Shown: piece by piece, positions 24,299-36,659 of the stretch
How positions within the stretch are numbered: position 1 is the stretch's first letter
Layout of the letters: every line of letters begins with the position of its first letter
Source: Malacoraja senta
Taxonomy: Eukaryota
DNA: 64,000 nucleotides
Direction of reading: 5' to 3'
Assembly (NCBI GenBank): GCA_038087875.1
Contig: CM075995.1
Coordinates: 7,628,001 to 7,692,000, forward strand
Position numbers and translations under genes: made by a program
Notes under the pieces: generated by a model
The model's database searches: none
What the model was told of the DNA's origin: nothing
The model's input: the letters and a program-made list of their open reading frames with translations, nothing else

Positions 24299-26151
24299 GT
24301 ACGTGGCCTCTTTTGTATTCTCAAAGCCGCGATTGTAGGCATTGCCACTTGTCTGGGCACTTCGCTTGTTATGTCTGTGTGGAGAAGAGTGTGGATTTAA
24401 TTGCTTTGATAATGAGGTCGATGACCCCGATAACACTTTGTGGAATTCTTTGCCACAGAAGGCACTAAACATTATTCACTTATCATGTATCTGTACACTG
24501 TGAATGGCTCGATTGTAATCATGTATTGAATGAATGAATGAATAAGTTTATTGGTCATGTATTCACATACAAGAAATTTGCCTTGGTGCTCCCCCCGCAA
24601 GTGCCAACATAACATTGATTGAGGGGGGATCTTCTAGAAATGTACAAAATTCTTAAGGGGTTGGACAGGCTAGATGCAGGCAGATTGTTCCCGATGTTGG
24701 GGAAGTCCAGAACAAGGGGTCACAGTTTAAGTATAAGGGGGAAGTCTTTTAGGACCGAGATGAGAAAAACATTTTTCACACAGAGTGGTGAATCTCTGGA
24801 ATTCTCTGCCACAGAAGGTGGTTGAGGCCAGTTCATTTGCTATATTTAAGGGAGTCGAAGGGCCGAATGGCCTACTCCTGCACCTATTTTCTATGTTTCT
24901 ATGACATACAGTGACAGTTAGGAATGACACATAAAACATTAAACATCAATAATAAAACATTATCTATTAAACATCTGAATTAAATAAAATACCAGATAAA
25001 ATTTGTCTTTCCAGAGTATTGTCTTTCCGCTGACTGGATAGCATGCAACAATAGCTTTTCACTGCACCTCGGTAAATAAACCTCGGACAATAAACTAAAC
25101 TGAAACTGACTCTATGACGTTCCTTTAGGAAAGAGGTGAGAAGGTATTACTTCAGTCAGAGGGTGGTGAATCTGTGGAATTCATTGCCACAGGCGGCTGT
25201 GGAGGCCAAGTCAGTGGATATATTTAAGGCTGAGATAGGTAGATTCTTGATTAGTACAGGTGTCATGGGTTAGGGGGAGAAGGCAGGAGAATGGGGTTAG
25301 GAGGGAGAGATAGATCAGCCATGATTGAATGGCGGAGTAGACTTGATGGGCCGAATGGCCTAATTCTGCTCCTTGAACATAAAATCTTATGAATGCACTA
25401 CGGTCTGCTGGGAAAATTCTTTGCTATTACAGGACTCACCATTCATAATACAAATTTAAACAAGCTGGTTATCCCCTAAAAAAAAAATTGATCTTCACTG
25501 TTGGAACAATCACTAATTATTTGTACGTGCTGTAAGTTTATTCCTGGTATGGTTTTTCTGTCTTTCCTCACATTTAGTTTTAGAAATACAGAGCGGAAAC
25601 AGGCCCTTCGGCCCACCGAGTCTGCACCGACCAGCAATTCCCGCACGCTAACACTGCCCTACACACACGAGGGACAATTTTACATTTACACCGGGCTGAG
25701 GGGGAGAGGGATGCGTTACGATAGATCTTTATTGCCAACAGTCATAAAAACACAAAATACATACATGTAAATCATGAAATTAAAGTGACAAATGGAAAGG
25801 ATTGGGGGACGTGCAAAGATTGGGGAGGAGGGGGGGAAGGGGAGTCGATCTCGGTCTACCTCATGACAGAGGGGGGAGGAGTCGTATAGTTTGATAGCCA
25901 CCAGGAAGATAGAGAGAAAGAGAGCGAGATATGTACAGAGAGTCATTTATCCAGGATAAGAAATTATAAAAACAGAGGAGAAATGTTTACGGTGAGAGGG
26001 GAAAAAATTGTACACAAACCTGGGAGACAACCTCTTCACTCGGAGGGTGGTGGGTATATGGAACGAGCTGCCAGAGGAGCTAGTTGAGGCAGGTACTATA
26101 ACAGCATTTAAAAAACATTTAGTCAGGTACATGCATAGGGAAGGTTTAGCA

Positions 26152-26622
26152 GGTCAACTTCTGTACATTGGCGAGACCAAGCGCAGGCTCGGCGATCGTT
26201 TCGCTGAACATCTCCGCCCAGTCCGCCTTAACCTACCTGATTTCCCGGTTGCTCAGTACTTTAACTCCCTTCCCATTCCCAATCTGGCCTTTATGTCCTG
26301 GGCCTCCTCCATTGTCTGAGTGAGGCCCAGCGCAAATTGGAGGAAAAAGCACCTCATATTTCGCTTGGGTAGCTTACACCGCAGCGGTATGAACATTGAC
26401 TTCTCTAACCTCAAATAGCCCTTGCTTTCCCTCTCTCTCCATCCCCTCCCCCTTCCCAGTTCTCCCACCAGTCTTACTGTCTCCGACTACATTCTATCTC
26501 TGTCCCGCCCACTCCCCTGGCATCAGTCTGAAGAAGGGTCTCGTCCCGAAACGTCGCCCATTCCTTCTCTCCAGAGAAGCTGCCTCACCCACTGAGTTAC
26601 TCCAGCATTTTGTGTCTACCTA
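26152..26622 (+). mobile_element. Penelope-like element 3' fragment (GIY-YIG endonuclease remnant plus terminal repeat)
   Basis: LLYIGETKRRLGDRFAEHLR motif followed by a hammerhead-like motif at 26528-26555. Confidence 0.8.
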
Positions 26623-26896
26623 AGGTTGAGAAGCATAAAGGCCAAACATGGGCAAATGTGACCAGCTTAGGTGGAGCATCTTGATTGGCATGGATCAAAG
26701 GAGCCTTTGACCATAAGATAAAGGAGCAGAATTAGGCCATGGCTGATCGATTTTTCCCTCTCAACCACACGCTGAACGACACTACGACATGAGTTTTTTT
26801 AGCATTATTTATTCCTTCATTTCTTATTGGGTCTATCATTAGTCTACTAGTTAACATTTGTTTTGTGTTTTCATCTCTGCAATTTTGTTCTTTTAG

Positions 26897-26984
26897 GCAG
26901 TTTATTCAAAACGCTTTGCACAAGCTGTAAAAATATCGCGGAGAACTACAAGAGTCCAATATGTACGGCCCTGGCTGGAAAAGG
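26897..26984 (+). CDS. SIRT5: SIRT5 coding exon 4
   Basis: (G)[28 protein letters not shown](G), first Zn-binding CxxC; 88 nt; AG/GT sites. Confidence 0.97.
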
Positions 26985-27114
26985 GTAAATGACTTAATAA
27001 ATCTCATATTTGTGATGCATGTGGTGTATGTCTGGTGCAATGAAAACAGTTCTGGGGCATGTTCTGGTATGTGTAGAACAGAGAACAGTCCAGCACAGTA
27101 CAGTACAACTGTAG

Positions 27115-27550
27115 AGAATGGAGCAGCTGGGCTTGTATACTCTGGAGTTTAGAAGGATGAGAGGGTATCTCATTGAAACATATAAGATTGTTAAGGGCTT
27201 GGACACGCTAGAGGCAGGTAACATGTTCCCGATCTTGGGGGAGTCCAGAACCAGGGGCCACAGTTTAAGAATAAGGAGTAAGCCATTTAGAACGGAGACG
27301 AGGAAACACTTTTTCTCACAGAGAGTGGTGAGTCTGTGGAATTCTCTGCCTCAGAGGGCGGTGGAGGCCGGTTCTCTGGATGCTTTCAAGAGAGAGCAAG
27401 ATAGGGCTCTTAAAAATAGCGGAGTCAGGGGATATGGGGAGAAGGCAGGAACGGGGTACTGATTGGGGATGATCTGCCATGATCACATTGAATGGCGGTG
27501 CAGACTCGAAGGGCCAAATGGCCTAGTCCTGCACCTATTATCTATTGTCT
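27115..27550 (+). mobile_element. CR1-like LINE 3' fragment
   Basis: ORF 27118-27462 MEQLGLYTLEFRRMRG...GYGEKAGTGY. Confidence 0.85.
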
Positions 27551-28614
27551 ATCACAAGAACAGGCCCTTCGACGCACAATGTCTGTGCCGAACATGATGC
27601 CAAGACTTATCGACCTGCACATAACCCACCTCTCTGCATTTCCATGTGCCCATACCAAAGTCTTTCAAATGCCACTAACGTACCTGCTTCACCCAAAACT
27701 GCCAGTATCACGTTCCAGGTACACGCCACACTCTGTGTGTAAAATAAATAAATTGATAAATGTGTGACTAAATAAATGAAGTAGACAGCTAAACAGCTAC
27801 ATAGATTATTTTTTTAGAGATACAGCGTGGAAAACGGCCCTTCGGCCCACTAGGTCCGCGCCGACCAGCGATCCCTGCATATTAACACACAATAGGGACG
27901 ATTTTTACACTTACCAAGCCAATTAACCTACAAACCTGTACGTCTTTGGAATGTGGGAGGAAACCGAAGATCTCGGAGAAAACCCACGCCGGTCACGTAC
28001 AGACAGCACCCGTAGTCGGGATCGCACCCGGGTCTCCTGCGCTGCATTCGCTGTAAGGCAGTAACTCTACCGTTGAGTTGATTTTGAAGCAAGGTCTGGG
28101 TTAGATGAAACGTTTCATGAACAATCTCTTTAGAAATTAGGTCAAGCTGCCGTTACCAGAAATAAACTCAATAAATTAAATTCCAGATTCCCTCCAGATT
28201 CAGGGACAGTTTCTCCCCAGCTGTTATCAGGCAACCATCCTATTACCAACTAGAGAGCAGTCCTGAGCTACTATCTATCTCATTGGAGACCCTATCTTTG
28301 ATCGGACTATACTGCACTTTGTTTTGCACTAAACAGTATTCCTTTTAACATATATCTGCACACTATATGGCTTGATTGTTATCATAGACAATAGGTGCAG
28401 GACTAGGCCATTCGGCCCTTCGAGCCAGCACCGCCATTCAATGTGATCATGGCTGGTCATCCACAATCAGTACCCCGTTCCTGCCTTCTCCCCATATCCC
28501 CTGACTCCGCTATCTTTAAGAGCCCTATCTAGTCTTTCCGCTGACTGGTTAGCATGCAACAAAAGCACCCGGCAATTAAGTAAACTAAATGTTCTAAATT
28601 TACAAGATGTAGAT

Positions 28615-28791
28615 CAGGGGTGTCAAACTCGCGGCCCGCAAAGTGGTCCAGTCCGGCCGGCGGAATGATTTCTCCGATGCCAGAGCGGGCTGCAGCTGTC
28701 TCCGGTGCCGGATCGGGCTGCGTGCACGGCGCTATCCGGCGCGCACAAAGTCGCATTTTGCCCGTGACCTAAAATGAGTTTGACACCCCTG
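28615..28791. mobile_element. hAT (Charlie-like) MITE
   Basis: 16-bp perfect TIR CAGGGGTGTCAAACTC; 8-bp TSD ATGTAGAT. Confidence 0.9.
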
Positions 28792-28893
28792 ATGTAGATC
28801 GAGCAGCAGAAATTACGATATTTCAATATACTACATGGAAAATGGTGTCATAAATCCATGCAAATCAATCTTTTAATTCTCTCTTCTTTCAAG

Positions 28894-28947
28894 GGCCCCA
28901 GATCCCGACACTGAAGATGCCAGAATCCCAGTGGAGAATCTTCCCAG
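28894..28947 (+). CDS. SIRT5: SIRT5 coding exon 5
   Basis: APDPDTEDARIPVENLP(R); 54 nt; AAG acceptor, CAG|GTAC donor. Confidence 0.95.
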
Positions 28948-29566
28948 GTACAAATATTTGTGTCTTGGTGCAGAGTGACCATGGAGCACTGGTGGAGCTG
29001 AACACTCTCTGTCTCATCTCAGTCTTAAATAACCTACCCCTTATTCTTAAACTGTGACCCCCGGTTCGGTTCCCAACATCGGAAAACATGTTTCCGGCAT
29101 CTAGCCTGTCCAATCCTTATAGAATCTTATATGTTTCTATAAGATCCCGTCCCATCCTACTAAATTCCAGTGAATACAAGCCCAGTCGACCCAGCACGTC
29201 TTTGGAGTGTGGGGAGGAAACCAAAGATCTCGGAGAAAAGCCACGCCGGTCACGGGGAGAAGGTACAAACCCCGTACGGACAGCACCCCTAGTCGGGATC
29301 GAACCGGGTCTCTGGCGCTGTGAGGCAGCAACTCTACCGCAGCGCCACCGTGACGCCCCATGTGCTGTGTTTCCATCTGCCCATTGTAATCAAGAGTTCA
29401 AGAGAGTTTATTGTCATGTGTCCCTGACAGGACAATGAAATTCTTGCTTTGCTTCAGCACAACAGAACATAGTAGCCACGAATACTGCTCATCAACGCGA
29501 GAGGACATAGAACTTCATATCCCTTCAGTCCTCCAGTTCCCAGCCTTGTTCTTTCCTCTTCCTCAG

Positions 29567-29690
29567 GTGTAAAGAGTCGGGGTGCAGTGGTCTGCTGCGC
29601 CCCCACGTGGTCTGGTTTGGGGAGACTCTCGATTCCGACATCCTGATGGAAGTGAACAAGGAGCTAGACATTTGTGACCTTTGTCTTTTG
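29567..29690 (+). CDS. SIRT5: SIRT5 coding exon 6 (GC donor)
   Basis: [41 protein letters not shown]; 124 nt; donor TTG|GCAAGT. Confidence 0.93.
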
Positions 29691-29828
29691 GCAAGTTTAG
29701 ACATTTTTCTTACAGTGCATCAATCAAAGGAATGTTTTCTGAATGCGATGGGAATGTGAAGAGTATTGAAGTTGGGGGGGGGGGGGGGGTTATATTGCAG
29801 TTATATAAGACGTTGGTGAGGCCACATT

Positions 29829-30187
29829 TGGGTCTGGACCCCGAACGTGCTTTAGACCCTGCTAGCGAAAGAAAAAAAAATGGCGTCGTTTTTGGAGCAG
29901 AGCCGGTCGGCAGCAGCCGTTATGGTGGCTGGCCAGCAGGAGGAGACAAAATTAGTGAGTAGGGGGTGGGGGGAGAATGATTTTATTAAAAATGTGTGCA
30001 TAAACTGGACGAAATTTAATCAGGAGTGGGTACTTGGAATGAAAAGTGAAATCTCTACCGAAATGGAAAAAATCTCGGCGTTTCTGCGTGTGGTGTTGGC
30101 GTAGCAACGAATCAAAGGAAGGCTGGCACCCACTAGACAGGCAGAAACACACACACACACACACACACAGTTTTAAATATAGATAGA
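29829..30187 (-). mobile_element. Non-autonomous Helitron, second copy, truncated at its 3' hairpin
   Basis: Reverse-complement similarity to 14366-14740; 5' TCTATCTATATTTAAAA; splits a CR1 fragment. Confidence 0.7.
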
Positions 30188-30229
30188 TTGTGTTTAGTTT
30201 TTGGGCACCATCTTATAGGAAAGATGTCC

Positions 30230-30765
30230 CATATATACGCATATACCTACACAGATGCATACACAAACATATGTGAATACATGAATGTGTACACGTGTTT
30301 GTGTAGATAACTATAGATACACATATTTGAGTGTATGTTTATATATAAATATTTATATAAATGTATACACACGTGTGTGTGTGTGCATATATACACATAC
30401 ATACACCTCTATACAGACACACACGCACACTCATACGCGCGCGCGCACACACACACATACACACTCACACTCATATTCACACACACACACACTCATACAC
30501 ACACACACACACCTCTATACACACACACACCTCTATATACACACACACACACACACACACACCTATATAGACACACACACACACACCTATATAGACACAC
30601 ACACACCTATATAGACACACACACACACCTATATAGAGACACACACACACACACACCTATATAGACACACACACACACCTATATAGAGACACACACACAC
30701 ACACACCTATATAGACACACACACACACACACCTATATAGACACACACACACACACACCCATATA

Positions 30766-30804
<39 letters not shown>

Positions 30805-31165
30805 ATATAGACACACACACACACACACACACACACCTCTATACAGAGACACACACACACGCACACCTCTATACAGACACACACACACCTATATAGACAC
30901 ACACACACACACACACACCTCTATACAGAGACACACACACACACACACACATATAGACACACACACACACACCTCTATACACACACACACACACACCTCT
31001 ATACACACACACACACACACACACACACCTATATAGACACACACACACACGCCTATATAGACACACACACACACACACACACCTCTATACAGACACACAC
31101 ACACACACACACACACCTCTATACAGACACACACACACACACACCTCTATACAGACACACACCTG
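30230..31165. repeat. Compound (CA)n / CCTATATAGA micro-minisatellite
   Basis: Direct inspection. Confidence 0.95.
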
Positions 31166-31544
31166 AACAGACCTAAATGGTGCGTGGTCAAATAATGCCC
31201 CCAAGTCTATGTAGTTCGGAGCCTATATGAGGCTGTAGGGAAGAAGCTGCTCCTGAACCTGGACGTTACAGTTTTCAGGCTCCTGTACCTTCTTCCCGAT
31301 GACAAGAGTGAAATGAGAGCATGGCCAGGGTAGTGTGAGTCTGATGATGATGCTGGCTGCCTTTTTGAGTCAGCGACTCGTGTAATTCCCTTTGACGGTG
31401 GGCAGGTGAGTACTGTGATTGAACGGGCAGTGTTCATCACTTTTTGCAATCTTCTTCGTTCCTGGCCGTTCATGTGGACTTTGCGAACTAATTGTACTTT
31501 AGGTTTTAGTTCAATGTTAGTGAGGGTGTATGCTTAGATAAATA

Positions 31545-32040
31545 CAGACACAGAAAGCTGGAGTAACTCAGCGGGACAGGCAGCATCTCTGGGGAAAAGG
31601 AATGGGTGACATTTCGGGTCGAGACCCTTCTTCAGACTGAAGGTCAGGGGGAAGGGGAACGAGAGATATGGACGGTACTTGGGGCAAATGAATGGAGGAT
31701 ATGCAGAAAGCAAGGACGATCAAGGAAATGTGGAGCCCACAATGGTCCATTGTTGGCTGTGGTATAGGTGATAACGATTTACACAGTCAGTGGAACTCAA
31801 CGGTACGATAATAACGACTAGGGTGAGAGAGGGATGGAAAGAGAGGAGTTGCAAGGGTTACTTGAAGATAGAGAGATCATAATCTTATCGCTGGGTTGAA
31901 AGCTGGCCCAAGCGATATTTGAGATGCTGTTCCTCCAATTTACGTTTGACCTCACTGTGACAATGGAGGAGACCCAGGACAGAGAGGTCAGTGTGGGAAT
32001 GGGAGGGGGTGGGGGGAGTTAAAGTGTTTGTCGACCGGGA
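31545..32040 (-). mobile_element. Penelope-like element 3' fragment
   Basis: Reverse-complement similarity to 26250-26620; hammerhead-like motif at 31608-31635. Confidence 0.7.
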
Positions 32041-32069
32041 GGTCATAAATCTTCTGCTCACATCAATGT

Positions 32070-32617
32070 TTTGGACCTGTTGATCCCTCGTTGGGATCCC
32101 TCATTGGGGACCCGGGAGAAGAAGAAGCTTCCACCGCCGGCCCGCGGCCTACTTCTACCGCGGGCCCGGCGTGGACCTGCCATCAGGAGCGGGATCCCTC
32201 GCCGGGGATCCCTGGAGGGGAGTTTCGACCGCCGGCCCTGCGGTCTGCGGTGCTTCTGGCTGCGGCGCGGCGGGGACTTTAAATCTTCGACCGCCGGCCT
32301 GCGGCCTACACCAACCTAAAGCCGCGGTCTCCGGTGGGGAAGAGCCGATTCTGGACTTACCTGGACTTTTTACCTTGTCTGCACATCTGGATGCCCGCAG
32401 TGGCGGCTGCGGAGGGTTGAGGTCCCGACCACGGGGGAAAATAGAGGAGGACTGGCCAAATCTTGTGCCTTCCACCATAGTGATGAATGCTGTGGTGTGT
32501 GTTTGTGTTAAATTTTTATGGTGTTTTTGTGTGTTCTTTCTCATTGTACCGCTGCTGGCAAATTCATTTCACTTGCACTTTATGTGCAAGTGACGAATAA
32601 AACTGATATTGATATTG
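32070..32617 (+). mobile_element. GC-rich retroposon abutting a SIRT5 acceptor
   Basis: Ends in AAATTCATTTCACTTGCAC...GTGACGAATAAAACTGATATTGATATTG about 10 nt before the exon. Confidence 0.6.
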
Positions 32618-32626
32618 TTGTCTCAG

Positions 32627-32742
32627 GTTGGCACGTCGTCGATTGTCTACCCGGCAGCATTGTTTGCCCCCCAGGTGGCGGAGAGAGGTGTGCCCGTTGC
32701 AGAGTTCAACACTCAAGTCACGAACGCCACCACACAATTCAG
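32627..32742 (+). CDS. SIRT5: SIRT5 coding exon 7
   Basis: [38 protein letters not shown](R); 116 nt. Confidence 0.97.
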
Positions 32743-34037
32743 GTGCGTGCACGAAACATAACGCAAAATGTGCTGGGGAAAAAACTCAACGGCTCAGGCA
32801 GCGTCTGTGAAGGGAACGGACAGGCGACCCCTCTTGTTCCTCCAGCACTGTGTGTGCTTTGCTAAAGATTCTGTCGTCTGCACTTTCCTGTGTAGGAGCT
32901 AGCGACTGTTGGCATATTATTATCATTTTAGACAATAGACAATAGGTGCAGGAGTAGGCCCTTCGGCTCTTCGAGCCAGCACCGCCATTCAATGTGATCA
33001 TGGCTGATCATCCCCAATCAGTACCCCGTTCCTGCCTTCTCCCCATATTCCCTGACTCCGCTATTTTTAAGAGCCCTATCTTGCTCTCTCTTGAAAGCAT
33101 CCAAAGAACCTGCCTCCACCACCCTCTGAGGCAGAGAATTCCACAGACTCACCACTCTCTGTGTGAAAAAGTGTTTCCTCGTCTCCGTTCTAAATGGCTT
33201 ACTCCTTATTCTTAAAACCTCTTAGGTGACCAACGGATTTTGTCTAGATATATCTTGCAGTATTATTTTGCACACTTGGGGACCGTCATTAGGTGCACAG
33301 GGTGGTGTATATATGGACATAGGGGACAGGAAGCCACAGACACAGGCAGGGATAGCGTACAGTTCTCACCAGACCTGGGACAGAGCAGCTAGCTACAACA
33401 CTGCATGCAGAATAAGGAAAACCTGGCACGTTCATCTCTTTGTTTGTACAACTGCTTCAATAAAGAACCAATTAAACTGGTAATAACGACTGGAAGATCT
33501 GTGCTAAGATCACTCCTACTTACCTGTGTAGTAATGGCAACGGAAAAGTCGGAAATTTGCCCTGTGTGTATCAGCTTGTGCTCTCGTTAGGCAATTTGCC
33601 AAGTATGCAATACAGTAAAACCCTCATTACAATGGGCTACTGGGTGATGGGGGGGGGGAGGAGAGATGGTGTCCGTTATTGCCGATTGTCCGCTATAAGA
33701 GAGCAGGGGAGTAAATCACTTCAACCGCCAGTCTGATCCGTTGGTCACCTAAGAGGTAGATAGCAGTTCAGGACCGCTCTCTGGTTGTGGTAGGATGATT
33801 CAGTTGCCTGATAACAGCTGGGAAGAAACTGTCCCTGAATCTGGAGGTGTGCGTTTTCACACTTCTGTACCTCTTGCCCGATGGGGGAGAGAGGAGAAAA
33901 GGGAGTGACCGGGGGTGCGACTCGTCCTTGATTATGGCTGCTGGCCTTGCCGAGGCAGCGTGAGGTGTAGATGGAGTCAATATAGACTCTGCTCTGATCC
34001 TCTGATTATGATTTGATTTTTGTTTTTTTTTTTGCAG

Positions 34038-34113
34038 ATTTTATTTTAAAGGCCCTTGCGGAACCACACTACCACCGGCGCTGGCTCGTCATGAGAGTGA
34101 AGCTAATTTTTAA
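34038..34113 (+). CDS. SIRT5: SIRT5 terminal coding exon; total CDS 930 nt = 309 aa NAD-dependent protein deacylase sirtuin-5
   Basis: [28 protein letters not shown]; exon lengths 112+134+226+88+54+124+116+76 keep frame. Confidence 0.96.
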
Positions 34114-34394
34114 TGCAACGACATCGACATTCACAAGGAAATGAACAAGTCATAGGTCAAACGAAGCACTTTAACAAATTGTGGTGTTTTTCAATTATGA
34201 ACAAGGAGTGCCACTGATTACATGGCAACACCCGGTGATGCCGACAAGTAATTATTTTTAGTGACAAAATGATTAACGACAAGATTCTTAACTGTTTTGT
34301 TCTCTTGGATATATAAGGTTGTTTCTGATGACTCCTATCAAAGGATTAGTACCGCCAGTATCATTGTATTGTATGGATTAGCAGATTTCTCCAT

Positions 34395-34400
34395 AATAAA
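34395..34400 (+). terminator. SIRT5: Probable SIRT5 poly(A) signal
   Basis: AATAAA ~280 nt after the stop, followed by a GT-rich tract. Confidence 0.6.
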
Positions 34401-35032
34401 ATAACTGAAATTGTTGGCAGTCCTGTTCTGTGTTTCTTGCAAGCAAAATTAAACGTTTGACCTTAAAGTATACCACCGGGGCAGATGAGGCGTCAAAGGT
34501 TTGTTTAGAGTTTAGAGATGCAGTGTAGAAACAGGCCCACTGAGTCCGTGCCGACCGACGATCCCCGCACACTAACGCTACTTGATACACGCCAGGGACA
34601 GTTTACATTTATACCAAGCCAATTAACCTATAAACCTGCACGTCTTTGGAGTGTGGGAAGGAACCGGAAGTCCCAGAGTAAAGTCACGGGGAGAAAGTAC
34701 AAACTCCGTGCAGGCAGCACCTGTAGTCGGGATCGAATCTGGGTCTCTGTAAGGCAGCAACTCTACCGCTGCGCCACTGTGCTGCCCTGTTTAGTTGGCA
34801 GTTTTTTTTTTTTATTGTCACGTGTACTGAGGTCCAGTGAAGAGCTTTTTGTTGCGTGCTACCCAGTCAAAGACTATACACGATTACAATCAATCCAACC
34901 ACAGTGTACAGATACAAGGTAAAGGGCATAACATTTAGTGCAAAATAAATTCCGAATAAAGATACTTCAGAGGTCTCCAAAAGATGGGTGGGAGGTCAGG
35001 ACCACCCTCTAGTTGTTGGTAGGACGGTTCAG

Positions 35033-35232
35033 NNNNNNNNNNNNNNNNNNNNNNNNNNNNNNNNNNNNNNNNNNNNNNNNNNNNNNNNNNNNNNNNNNNN
35101 NNNNNNNNNNNNNNNNNNNNNNNNNNNNNNNNNNNNNNNNNNNNNNNNNNNNNNNNNNNNNNNNNNNNNNNNNNNNNNNNNNNNNNNNNNNNNNNNNNNN
35201 NNNNNNNNNNNNNNNNNNNNNNNNNNNNNNNN
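35033..35232. other. Assembly gap (200 N)
   Basis: Run of n. Confidence 1.
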
Positions 35233-35258
35233 ACAATAAGTTGTTGTGCTTTTTTTAG

Positions 35259-35344
35259 GAACAAAGAAAAAACAAAAAGCCGCTAAGTATCGCAAACAGT
35301 GGCTGCAGAAGCACTGTGCGGCTGGAGTCACCGAGAAAGCATGA
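35259..35344 (+). CDS. NOL7: Probable NOL7 terminal coding exon (upstream exons not visible in the window)
   Basis: Acceptor TTTTTTTAG; (G)TKKKQKAAKYRKQWLQKHCAAGVTEKA-stop resembles the recalled human NOL7 C-terminus GIQKKQNAKRFKRRWM; position between SIRT5 and RANBP9 matches human synteny; ATTAAA near 35524 and 35628. Confidence 0.72.
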
Positions 35345-36659
35345 AGTCCACACTGACTGGCGGGGAAATGAAGCAGGAGGTCTCCAGAGCATGGAACCAG
35401 ACTGAGCAGCGATGTCCTCAGCTCATCTGTGCTGGCTGCAGCTCTCTGGGACAGAGGAGACCTCTCTGTACAAAGGAGAAAAGAAATGTTCTTGCCTCGT
35501 ACATTTCACAATTTATACTTTCCATTAAATATTTTGTTGCTAAATCTGTGCTGGCTGTTTCACCTGTGGCTATTAATTGTAAGAAAACACCGTCAACGCT
35601 TTGAAACTCTTTAAAAATGTATGTCTCATTAAAAAATTGATGTTGGTTCAGTTTAGAGGATAGTTGTGGTTGCACGAGGATTTAAACAAAACCTGTTAGC
35701 ACTATCTTGCTTTAAATCGGGCAACATGTACAGGGTTAATATTAGAGCCATTGATTTACCATAAATGGTAGGATGTGCTGGCGTTGGAGAGGGTCCAGAG
35801 GTGGTTTACGAGAATTCTCCCAGGAATCTAGTGTACAGGGAACTAATCTAGTCCCAGGCATGTTGGCCGTAGTGGGCAAGTTGGGCCGAAAGGCCTGTTT
35901 CCATGCTGTTTGATTGAATGAGTGGATTAACATACGATGAGCATTTGACAGCACTGGGCCTGTACTCGCTGTTTAGAAGGATGGGGGGGGGGGGGGGGGG
36001 GGGGGGAGGGGAGAACCTCATTGAAATTAACTGAATTGTGAAAGGCCTGGATAGAGCAGATGTGGAGAGGATGTTTCCACTCGCGGGGAGAGTCTAGGAT
36101 CAGAGGCCACAGGCTTTTACTTTTAGGAAGGAGATATTAAATGGCATCAGAACATATTTGTTGGCGTGCAGGAGGCGGAGGGATGATCTTATGTACAAAA
36201 TCATAGGATGGAGATGAGGAGGAATTTCTTTAGTCAGAGGGTGGTGAATCTATGGATTTCATTGCCACAGACGGCTGTGGAGGCCATCAATGGTTATTTT
36301 TAAGGCAGAGATTGACAGATTCCTGATTAGTAGCGGGTTATGGGGAGAAGGTAGGAGAATGGGGTTGAGAGGGATAGATAGATCAGCCATGAATTTTTGA
36401 ACAAATGAATTCTGCTGCTTGATACAGTATATGTTTTGAACAGGGTGGGAAGATCTAAAACTGGAGAGACTAGCGTTAAGGTGCAAGGACGTGCGGGGCA
36501 AGTTATTTTTACGCAGACTGGTGTTTGAGGTAGATACGATAGTGGCATTCAAGAGGCTTTTGGATAGGTACATGGATATGCATCCTGTGCAGACTAGATC
36601 AGATCAGTACACGTGACCATAAACTAAACTGGTTTACCTTGGCATTGTGTTTAGTGAAA

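Noticed and set aside
30285..31140. His/Thr- and Cys/Val-rich ORFs
   Set aside because: (CA)n microsatellite artefacts.
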